From Amoebophrya sp. A120 (taxonomy: Eukaryota; Protista; Dinoflagellata): a stretch of 64,000 nucleotides of DNA. The translations under genes and the position numbers were made by a program. Shown here one piece after another: positions 56,501 to 63,300 of the stretch (position 1 is the first letter of the stretch; each line of letters opens with the position of its first letter). A model generated the notes under the pieces. That model worked only from the letters and a program-made list of their open reading frames with translations, made no database searches and was not told the origin of the DNA. Location: contig CAJINV010000004.1 of NCBI GenBank assembly GCA_905178155.1, positions 2,122,391 through 2,186,390 on the forward strand, written 5' to 3'.

Positions 56501-57371
56501 CCGATCGAACGCTCTTTGAAGTGCCCGCCTCCTTCACGGGCGGATCACGGCGTCGTTGCACGACGCACGACGGAAGACCCACTTTCTCAAAAGGCGTGTT
56601 GTAAAAAATGCACTTGATGCCTTTCTTTTCGCACTTGCGCACAACTCGCTGGAGTTCGTATGTCACCGATTTTGCCTGTGTGTGCGACCCCGCAGTCCGG
56701 TCGCAATGGATCTCCTTGACTCCAGTAAGGTCCTGGTCGAAAAAGTCCGAGAAGCCCTCCTGCAGCCGCTCGAGGTCCACATGCCAGCCCCAGCGGCACC
56801 TGATGTGGAATTCGTACTCCCGGAGTGGGCCTCTGCTGTCGACATGTACAAACCGAATCGCTCGCTGCGTTTCCTGAAGCTGGATCTCATGCAAATCCGC
56901 CTGTAACTCCACCGCATCGCGGAGCCGCATGACCAAGACGCGGCCAAAGTCTGTGGGGAGAAGAACTCCCTCGCCCGTGTTGTTAATGAGCGGCACATCT
57001 TCTCGCGCATCAGGTTGTGCATAAAAAGCACTGCTGCTTGCCGGCGGAAGTCCCAGCAGTCGCGTGCGGGGTACGGGCAAGTTGTCGATGTTGTCAAGGC
57101 GAACCGAAGCCATGCAAGTTCCAAAATGCGGTGCGCCATGAGCAGCGAGTCGACAATGTACCGCTTCACCTCCGCTCCAACTTGGAACAGCGCGGTACCA
57201 AGCACGACGTTGCTGTCGAGGTTGAAAATCGGCTTGGCGTCCGTGTGCAAACGCGCACGGACCAGGTTTTTGCACGCGATCTTGTCGGCACTCAAAACGA
57301 CATTTGCATATCGAAACTGGCGCAGGTGTGCAATAAGATGTTGCGCCGACATATCGATCACCGTGCGGCAC
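44553..57371 (-). CDS. ORF3 polyprotein (about 4,200 aa): DSP phosphatase, ExoIII/APE, RT C-half, RNase H, integrase-like, aspartic protease, RT N-half
   Basis: HCKQGVDRS (55161-55184); SWN/QETK/AYAP/GDLN/RLD/DHYP (53725-54640); MYDD..GLQF..K..WPRVP..LRARLG (from 52802); LDAH/GAES/GDSR/LADSLGR (51920-52320); HKALGC..CERC..VDL..SDRE (49490-50290); LADSGCS..TIGNYDL (46370-46780); NFQALNK..DIAKAF..GVLGL (44553-45020). Likely translated from about 57113 or by frameshift from ORF2. Confidence 0.85.
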   Translation of the reverse strand: MPHGDRYVGATSYCTPAPVSICKCRFECRQDRVQKPGPCAFAHGRQADFQPRQQRRAWYRAVPSWSGGEAVHCRLAAHGAPHFGTCMASVRLDNIDNLPVPRTRLLGLPPASSSAFYAQPDAREDVPLINNTGEGVLLPTDFGRVLVMRLRDAVELQADLHEIQLQETQRAIRFVHVDSRGPLREYEFHIRCRWGWHVDLERLQEGFSDFFDQDLTGVKEIHCDRTAGSHTQAKSVTYELQRVVRKCEKKGIKCIFYNTPFEKVGLPSCVVQRRRDPPVKEAGTSKSVRSDNPAEAPPNARRGWYPAPCGGPVGDEEVQHAAAWFIQRAAVIWLRQCLLERDQYRGSACYEGDVQSGALLDVLAAESVRRNLTCFRSSTERVASRYKLIANRPILQLRHGSGRARAPAPQVPLLKYPHPASSRGYLENMAARLLQRAAIIWLRRTLITGGRYAGSACADGDTRSGILFVNLLRERVTNMGATLVHWRHAKVEQNTYRKACVQCGECTAHFLPAKGLLRNSTTTMLCEDVPSDDAATPPLPAAPPITAENSTAKVRSLCAHEEDNFKDFFWESGCTRCSPLTDAEYRQAIAQRDSASRDHFWECIPARMKEGDAEFFAKNRGDVVFASACGTLGESVTHICTVGGNVELHLGTLEAREEQKWDYLVNCTSNLPDPTSDSKCAGVPQVRVRFDFKDGRASLQALYKGLDEFLFGFSVPKDWPKNTPLRVLVHCKQGVDRSWFFLRTLLLLLTEEDAHEKVFGVLDCDRNTFTPGLRPAVRSHTYGKIFSFIHQEFTLCGGQCIYHPVPDFIGKIIPNDELRRGQVYQRKAHKLLAERGRERRLMTALASAKRLSRRDEARRLERMRVAFAFECRSADPDEELVEKSALPTSGTSPRRRQVNANEPAGAVRESEGYFSWNCGATSLKRQLLDRPKEFKALLSRPDVTLIALQETKVSTARRSEVEDLFVSLVGSKDWRLFLNVGDTARGLHGTGFIVRTGFCVGAQFFRLEKDEGRLSALHLPRGDVFLSAYAPCSHYNEDTSAPIRTSADANEAKVKFLDLVRGYMKTFRDAQTGGRIRNVVLMGDLNCTRDVDDCIAANGIPDASLSKWCAGCYPWEQAWLNQLCAEFDLLDAGFDEFRAVENPRADGPAKLHSGRCPTYVRNRHTGVNFKTRLDCILLMQPPQASSKPAFSYVRKAELSSRNDRGAFDHYPIGMVLSAARRCSTDARLRQMRIAEEEVETDLAFHSLQNRAMHAALVAERFQPKVHVAPPPGLGGTSVGRKCVCCPASRASSDLYCAPATEPVAADDTAEDAALAEVFISVPTPKTIFAPKTRWDGSDEKALASELLDCLQAADDAPGEDNPPARIKRVQGDAHTEDLPDGAAALQTRRIRTADGEILAHGFRRISDDDCDEGEFSFSYQVVHNYPEDKFHLVDEYLASLGLEPTPDADHTGDSDLHEGATVGKQRRAMRNAAAADAASSGPCDAFSKDREKFIASSACTAVVDDHIKVSQNGKNDSEQTQSLMYDDSTIFSRHFYEDVSKSGRNHVALGMTGLQFGLRKEVRYCRRVKVSGKLLRQGTMYTLQEVIDNIAGWPRVPKFAAHLRARLGILVFNMECLGPWAAFIFAELTPWSRIESDAEYAKIIHSKSALMALDVLRACVMQHPLKPIDEDAVQSGKRTLFTVLDAHVRGGSAITMSMPTAKFNGKFKEGESLRDVVDIHKVRSRPFPATRKPKEPLGAESTIAKDYMINVDPSIEHLRRILIGDSRNVVLFEQEQGCSSTTIKDLQFLSRAFLKPQLTRMHASREGLWLADSLGRDERRYDLTVRDYISTHILEAVHEVFPIECLPPGLRPDEVETWHRDRAAVGAPPRNSNNKRQGRTGPRVEASIMDVLDRVPDIASAISISPANVTPERLEAEDTGVSRTLKPGLAPVLEYQGADVATFLSSQAVTRTPCDPRVYDTAKGFLPHLTTDPHAFVAPPPAGSSAALSIRTDLDQELKNTASRDTQYGVQGKLFDIDSGAEFMRLRERVARDVAVVEQMSSCRDVYYDTVAGSWTDARWVLRCRLELSKPGVAPRWCLFRLGSSIKIEESVAGLATIRSILQGLDSRVQVPPLVELEDCSNPQQAAAHFDGLRAYAVIDKNVHAYNLTGGGAVTISTSRVSGTGVSEARTLSPHDLSVAWRPFHTLRMRGLTTAQEQDFIEKWRLPAPSPSAQSIFFKCLLKLHEVPVLERLGLLHADRPRSRAMRPHDAVLTEDRLDRLHARLGWFEGYLQREVVRQYGAEEERYAAAYAAARARQRSATPSQGSLRPGRSEVGPLESLEELTPSPTAYDMALRDLVLEAENWLPGSVSMRKRRRASRAFIEHVHKALGCERSDRMEVLFAASTFFVEAGLIQQVISECERCGGRLARQKPKTTESIYMHGPGVFEVDLIWLNESGLVVHNRTYDENEGESFKKFTEDNDELGGKLDASLAADPAKEPEWCRSEEKTCFRMIVTGHHRCHIRRRSAYPKPRRQLLEAEQMFATYNGIRLTLVRCSDREMRGFQAAPYVTLRNVEVQAVPFHCPNIGTSLVGGRQYAFSVIYYDSFVWFREENWDADERLIFAEAKMNMIHFQGINLDAMVKGAEQGFWRERHMIGLLDSYIQRSRTTKRLLAIADARALYDYTSARPENIQGHIVLFRHPERVVMRGMCSGEAAGSYNITAGNFVYIVSPDDVVWEKIKPANFPMGYIEHFLRAPQQKLAHIPGDWAVFLVPNYGLPLDHKDPGVVLSALGKRIGHTAEFVHVGLARATPSTGPPRVFAAFQAKDPAHPEHLTTMDFSIGMDGMVIARSTRVAGQRWGRYMGQLPMRGVEGNDGRRHVMYMYNRTNYTLSGDVRAEGVGSCIYGEIWVRAEARFNDLEHPIWTGESLEQNRLRLDADAAAVQAALPASGLLHNRDAVRPGVPQRPHQQQDNAHNTQRPQTPARIPRGVSPPSRPHPAATPQGHVRSPMPPPHGSPQRPAGRQIPPVPGTPIVPPRQPPGVVPPVQGRGPDVFDIATPRGAPADQGEDLVSGAQEPSLKRPRPDPTHGPAQARSLRVTSTTGAPLYPSHWSLCDESLVPSWIDESYRGARDAASDVKKEDAHSDAGDTCSTADTDNPLEEGADLEAVLKFTKGEPAIFAEDQLGETVTATEQEIETADLDARTDPVVADAHMRAACGRIPVTGCVGNTEMAKTIHRGVREGLFLGFVKQVYEVASLLSLLERGGHCGPLAREEVQRVEYNFDGIKIFFDAGLKERALYINRLQFEAQWSDTHGGEFVDRMETMFKVRSTCSEIRSSFLTSDHDRHRTAVRPRGRCWADVDDALLSLEADISAKYSEMHYGEDYVQLLPLEPCPSVRMVDLGSPLRVPGFAATPSIGSKVEFVPHANFKRSTCAPIRPDVATVPSDASGCKVPTAPVAPEESYPPQSVDADGHVLFASELHDLFPTCPEDKMAASAADDHWLGKSHAKNADADPKLDGRHQFCTDTHAVAVVEGPVRYSPPEGECGESDIPNEDISLALADSGCSGGPTVPLDKRPRRIRSLWRSSQQFITTVISPEFGRALMAKGWLRVVPGSTNRKWRPHRIQGFTGASDLDKDPVVILFQVGLADARTGRVFRSAPICGYVLPSSGDQPGDLPITIGNYDLGRHSYGMSLLPYHLYRVPVKSKSHPDAVTQQILVSKFASKVFPAEDDPAEEGHAQHVNALSGGFPRFAKTRGASKKSTPKKVRPDGASTSRGDADDPALDWHRFAAASRHRLVVPLSQYRVGDLVHIEISAGKAQSFRLLGAGDLLGAGIFIKRVDRNFSAVFEVETLGVRRIAREDPDLAFIQVRTTKQPSQLCEDTAALSAEAAILCDRSVRTEISALERLAERELQREKAKLAEQERAEIVAEDGRGPSRGRARAAGMLTMDVSPDVLSGEAVAKGILRHLWAASGYKPELSQYIPADHKLSKEEYNLLEQFHAENMKWWARRSAAAPGTPQFAFEVACGMVRHIDEDLVRSDPLAKELEDDDPLDTYLRGLAALHCSQVSGGVAVYYGEGHPSEPMKRVLIGMECLNYSKSPGVPPKQQDLPPGEAVPRRYLLERDLADRIQEVLDVEKRGLLNCIVPWKRAPRSDTILGRGYANFQALNKCLIEIATIASRPSEIIGVLMKPGIRAHTSDDIAKAFNKMQLDVTISRWLGVRMGPITTVCRRGVLGLSILPLIWPLAVYPHFNGILSSPSAIREFAVKLVAAAKADRANGVPNPFRRAWARRN

Positions 57372-60300
57372 CTGTAGGTGTGTCCATCCGCTGCGTGGTA
57401 TGTCTCATCCAGCGACTGAAATCCCCCCTTGGACTTGCTCCAACCCGTGCATATCGGGAAAGCTCGTGGCTTGGGGCCGAGCCCCTTCGACATGCAGTAA
57501 TCCGCGCTTCGATACGGCCGAATCACCGCGTTGCCCCCACCAGGTTTCAGCATGTGCAAATGTTCGTAGCTCTCGTTGAAGAGGTAGAGTGCGTCGGGCA
57601 CGCTCTGCTGCTTAGTCATGTCGTCAAAATCACCCCAGCACCCTCGCTTCGTATAGGTGCTAACGAGAAAATTTGTTGCGTGCTCTGCGCTGGAATCCAC
57701 GACCGGAATCTCGACCGCAATCGAGCCGCTTTTCGGAGGAAGCACCTGTGCCGAAACAGGTTCTCCCTCGGGGTTCTGCAACAGGTCCGTGAGCTCCGAC
57801 ACGGCATGATGCGTGGTGGCAGCTACGAATGGGTCTGGTGGTGGCGCAGCTGCAGCGGGTGCAGCCGGGCCTCGGCGGTTCGGGCGGCGTTTGACCTTCT
57901 TCTTCTTTTCTGTATCCCCGTCAGAATCAGCATCCTTTGCCCCGGTGGAAGTGTCTTTGCCAGCCGTACTTTTCTTTGGTGTAGCACCCGATTTCGCAGG
58001 TGGCTTCACAGGCGCAGGAGTTGCAGTATCTGAATTCTTTGTCGTGCGGAGCGATGCACCCGAAACATCGAGCCGGATCTGTCGCCGCACTGCCATTAGC
58101 GCAAGCCCAAGGCAGTTAAGCCCCCGCCAAAGCGAAGCGTTCTTGTGCAAGCCCTTGTCACGCGCACTCTTCAGCGGAACCCCGATGCCCCAGATGGTAT
58201 CGAGTCGTGCCTCTGCGAGGATGTGGTCGCCTGTAGCATCTAAAAAACGCCACAGCTCGGGATTCTGGGTGAACTTCAGGTAAAGTCCCCGCGTCATGAC
58301 CGCAAGCCGCACCCGAGTCCACGTGTTGTTGTCGAAATTCTCGACGCACCGCCCGACTCGCTTCTGCTCGACAGGGTCGGCTGCTGCAAGGATCATTGCA
58401 GCAGCATTCGCATCCCCAAACAAAATGGCCTTCTGGCGCATGAGCCACTGCTCGGCGCAGTTGTAGGTGACACCGTCGACCACGAACTCACTGTCGTACC
58501 AGTTGGAAAGCGGGCCCCGTTCGAAAAGAAAAAACGACTTGGACATGCCAGGATCTCGCGTGAAGTCGTTCCGAAGTGCGTCTAGAGTGCAGCTGTGCTC
58601 GAAGAACATTTGTGTCTCGATCTGCGAAACGCACGGCAGGTCCCTCACCTGAATCGCCCCTGTAGAGGTGTCCTGCGTCCCCGATGGTGTGGCCGCAGAA
58701 GGTGTTGCTGCAGGCTTCGTGCCACTTTTTGCCCCCTTCTTCCGGCCGTCAGAACCTCCGCCGGTGCCACCCGCAGATCCAGATCCACCGGCCCCCGAGC
58801 CACCGTCCGCACCATTGGGACGGGAGGTGCCAAAGCGGTGCACATTGTCCTCCATTCGCTTGAAGAGTTTGCACCACCTCAAAACTTCCCAAAGAACGTC
58901 CCCGTGGCAAACAGACGGCAATCCCTTCGCGGAGCAGGTGCAGAAAATCTTGCGCCCCGGCAAAAATCGCATGATGTTCACCAACAAGGAGATGTTCGAG
59001 GAAACGTAGTACGCAAATTTGAAGCACGCATCCGCGGCAGGAACACCCGGTGAAACGCGGAAAGGGTTTCCAAAAATGCCCTTAGTTCCCTTGTGCCGCC
59101 GCACATCTACCGTGGACGCCTCGGTTGGATCTTTCGCAAATGAAGGTCCCGCAGGGGAGCGCCGCTTGCTGTGCCAATCCTCGTCGACAAACTTGCGCCA
59201 CGGAAACTTCAGCAACCTCTCCCTCGCACGATATGCCCACTGCGGAATCGTGTTGCAGGCTGCGAGCTTCGTCAGCTCGAAAGTTCCCCGCTGTTTCTTT
59301 GCAATCACCTTGCCGTCGCGCTCCTCGGGCATCCGCTCCACGCAGATCTCGGACACCTGCACCCGAGGGATCGTCATGAGGCGCAGCTCCAAGAAGGAAC
59401 GCCTCCCCTTCATGATTGCGTTGAAATCGCCCACGTAGATGGTCATCACCTTGCCGCGCGTTTCGGCTACGTTGAGCCGCTCCGGTGTAGCCATAAGTCC
59501 ACCGACTACGAACGGCCCCGAAGGTGAAACGCTGAGGTCCACAATGACAAGGTCCTTCTCGCTGCCCTGAATCTTGTCAATGTTGCCACAGTGTTCGCGT
59601 ACACGGAAACCCTGGTCGTAGTACAGTTTTGCTTGCGCGTTGGTGTAGGTGAGAACAACAATCTCGTCCCAGCGCGCACCCTGGCTCAGGAGCCATTTGT
59701 GCACCTCCAAGACTTTCGTGAAGGAAGACATGCATACCTCGGATTTGCGGGCGCGGTCAGATGGAACAAAAACTCCGACGACCGACTGCGCAGGCACTTT
59801 GAAGTTGTTCTCCGTCGGCCCACCTGCAACGAGCTCACCGTCGTAGAACACGTCATTGGCCCACCTGATCGAAGCCTCCGGACACCGGTACTGCGTGTTG
59901 AGTCGCAATGGTCGCCGGGGTGGTACCAGCGAGCGAAGCGCGTTGATAGCCCTCATCAGGAAGGAGCACTTGAGGATTATCTGCGCTATCTCGGGGCATG
60001 CATGCACATTGGGGCTAAGCTGCTCAATGTCACCGCCGCACACAAGCCGCAGAATCACCTTCATCAGTGCGATGAGAAGGTGCTCGGGGCACTGGCCGAT
60101 CTCGTCGACAAAAGCGATGTCGAACACCCAGTCGAAGGTGCAAGCATACTGGATGGTGGCAATGATTATTTCGTGGTTTCGCTGCATGAACTGCACGCAC
60201 TCATCCCACTGTTGTCCCACCTTCTGCTGCAGCTCAGTGCGCTCCTTCGAAGGATTGAGCCTGTCCGTGATCGGGAGTGCGTCAAGCCGCCTAGAATCGC

Positions 60301-63300
60301 GCAAGTATTTCCCGCACTCCGACTCGGGCTGCGCAGCTGCACGCGCGGCAATTCGCGAGTGGATGTTGTAGTCCGGCAAGTTCTTCTCGTGGCGGTACTT
60401 CCTCGCGCTGATTTGGCACACCTCATGCGTTCGCGATGCTCGCTCTGCCATGCCATCCGCAGCTTTGTTTGTAGGCCCCGCAAGGAGGACGCGGCAGGTC
60501 ACCTCCGCACGGCGCCTTTCCGCGAGGAAGTCGATAAAACTTTCGACTGCAGTGCGGCTCTTTCCAACTGCAGGTGGTCCATCAAATGCAATGATCTCGC
60601 CCACCGACATCTCGGAAATACCGCGATGCAACTCTGCGCGTCGCAACTGCGCGTCAGTTGAATCGAACTCCGACTGGAGGTGCACAACGCGCGCATGCGC
60701 AAAATTCTCAACGCATGGGAGCGTGTCCCAGTAGTCGCACTCGAGAGCGTCTAGTGCTCTCCTTGCATCCTGGTCGTAGACGCAAAAGTGCACCTCTGCC
60801 TCGAACTTGTCCGTGAGGAGCTCATCCACGACGTCATCTTTGTTGAAGCAAGTCCACGCGCCCCCCTTGCGAAAAAAATGTAGTGGTTCTATTTTCTCCG
60901 TGCGTGCAGGGATAGCAGACTTCTTCACCGTCACAATGCATCTGGTAAATTCCTGTACGTCTTGGCCCTCGGGCTTGTAGTTGCCAACACAGCGTACCTG
61001 CACCTGCTTAGACACCGCGGGCATGTTCAGCTGGAAATCGAGGCTCTTGTCCTCAGGCGAAGTGTTCCACTTGCGCACCAGCTGGCAGTGGTTTGCGTAA
61101 AAAACCGGTCCTGCAGGATTGTCGACAATCGCCTCCAATGCGGCACCCACAACTCGCTGGTACTCAGCAACGTCCTTGTACCGCGGGCACTCGAGCGCAT
61201 TCTTCTTCCGCAAAGCCCGATGTAGCTCGCGGCCCTCAGCCACACTGAAATCGTAGCGCTCCTTCGCAACCTGCTCCTCCGACGCACCCAAGACCGACAG
61301 GCCAACCTCCCGCTGGTCAAGCACAGGTTTTTGCGCGGAACCCCCGATGCCCTCGCTGTCACTAGGCTCGCTCGCGGCAGCCCCCGATGGTGATAGCAAC
61401 GAGGGGGAGTCATCGCCGGGTGACGGAAAACACGAATCTTCTCGCTGGACCCCCGATGGCTCGTCCTCGCGGTACTCGCGGTGCTCCGCCCAAGCCAAAT
61501 CCCCTCTCTCACCCCGTGTATCGGCGCCAGCACGCGGCGTGCGCACTGCGTCCGGGGCAGGTTCAACTTCGCGGGGTGCGACTGCATTTTCAGGGTTGGT
61601 ATTCTCAGGCGATGTAGTGGGTGTTTTCCCCTGGTGCGCCGTGGTTTCCACCGGTGCAGCGGTTCCAGAATCCACCGTTGGTGCGCCCTCACCTGCATCT
61701 TCCGCGTCCGCAACAACCAAAGGTGTGGCTTTGCCCGCGTACTGCTGCAGCTCCTCGTCAGCAGCACTCTCCGGTGTGCCGAGGGGAAGCAAGTTTTCCA
61801 CGGAACTATTCTCGGCCCCAGCTGCCTGTAAAAGGCGGCCTGGGTCTGGACTTGCTGGTGGTTCGCACGCCTGCTCGGGATCCTGGTGCTTGCCACTCAC
61901 TTCCGGGGAGCAATCTCGCGCTGCAACTTGATCCTGCGGGACCCCCGGAGAAGTATCACTCGTCCCGGCGTCAGGTGCAGGCTCCGCTAGAAGGGACGCA
62001 CTGGTTGTATTATGTGGGGCAGCGGACGGAGGGTTCGTGTTACAAGTGCCATCCATGTGATCATGCAGTGCAGGCAAAGAGCATATCGATGCTGCCGCAC
62101 TTGAATCCCAAGGAGTACCTGCCTCCCCGCCTTTTTCTGGCGTCCGGGCGCCGCGGGATGCCTGTATATTTGTATTATTTTCAACTTTTGCATACGGTGC
62201 TCCTGCTCCGCACCCACCGGGCGGGCGATCAGCCGTGTCGTTTGCGGCTGCAGCTAACGTCGCAAGAGCGTCCGACAACACCGCGGTAGCACGGATCGTA
62301 GACGGTCCCACCGACGCGGATGCGCGCGGCTGTAGTGGCGATCGTGTGGTGAGGAGCGGAATCTTCTGCAGCGTCACCCCCTGCAGGGCCTGCGCAGGCA
62401 TAGCTCCAGCGCCCCGGATCCTCGGCGTAGCCGGGGGCGTAACATCCGGCGGTGCTGTGCATTTGGTTGAAATCGGTGCGTCCACGCCCAACTCATCGTC
62501 AAGCAGAACGCTGTCCCCGATGCCCGAACTCCCAGAAAGTACTGAGTCCGCACCGGGGCTCGCCAGCAGGGCGTCCTCCTCATCCTCGTCGTCGGAGGCG
62601 CCACGCAAAACCGAATCTGAATCATCATGCAGGTCATCGTCGTGTGCGACATCCGCATGCGAGGATCGGGACGACCCCGTGGGATAAAGCTCTGCAGCGT
62701 CCCCCTCCTCGTCGGAATACCCGTCAAGAACAGAATCAGAATCGTCATGCAGCTCGTGGTCGTCGTGTGCATCATCGGAAGCACCGTCGAGCACCGAGTC
62801 GGGATTGCTGCAGGCGTCATCTTCGTCATAGAAATCATTTGCAGATGCCCCACGGGCAGATCCTGCTGAAAAATGCGAATGGTCGGATACCTCGTCCAGA
62901 ACTGAATCACCATCGAGGACTGATTCCGAATCTTCATGCAAGCTGGCCTCATCAGGGTCAGCGTCAGCAGGTCGAAACAAAAACGGCACTTCATCATCAT
63001 TAGAAGCGCTGGGTGAAGAAACACCCGCGTCAAGCGGGGGAGAACCTGAAACAGAAAGTTCGTCGTGCAAAAAATCCTCCGCGTCGGAGGCAGAAGAAGA
63101 AAGATTGCTAAAATTGTCCCGGCAAGCAGTTGTTTCTGGCCGTGTTTGCTGTAATTGTTTTTTTCGGTCCGAGCTGCCGTTTGTGCCGTAATCGCAAGCG
63201 TCACCCGCACTAGGCGGATCAGGCGGATCAGGAGGTTTAGGTGGAATGTTTGACTGCAACACCACGAAAGCTGCGGCAGTACTGGCCTTTTCACCTGCTC

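Noticed and set aside
57266-57272. C_AAA_AAC as the ORF2/ORF3 slippery site
   Set aside because: It lies upstream of ORF2 residues that still look like part of a conserved domain (LGTALFQV..VKRYI), so a shift there would truncate that domain.
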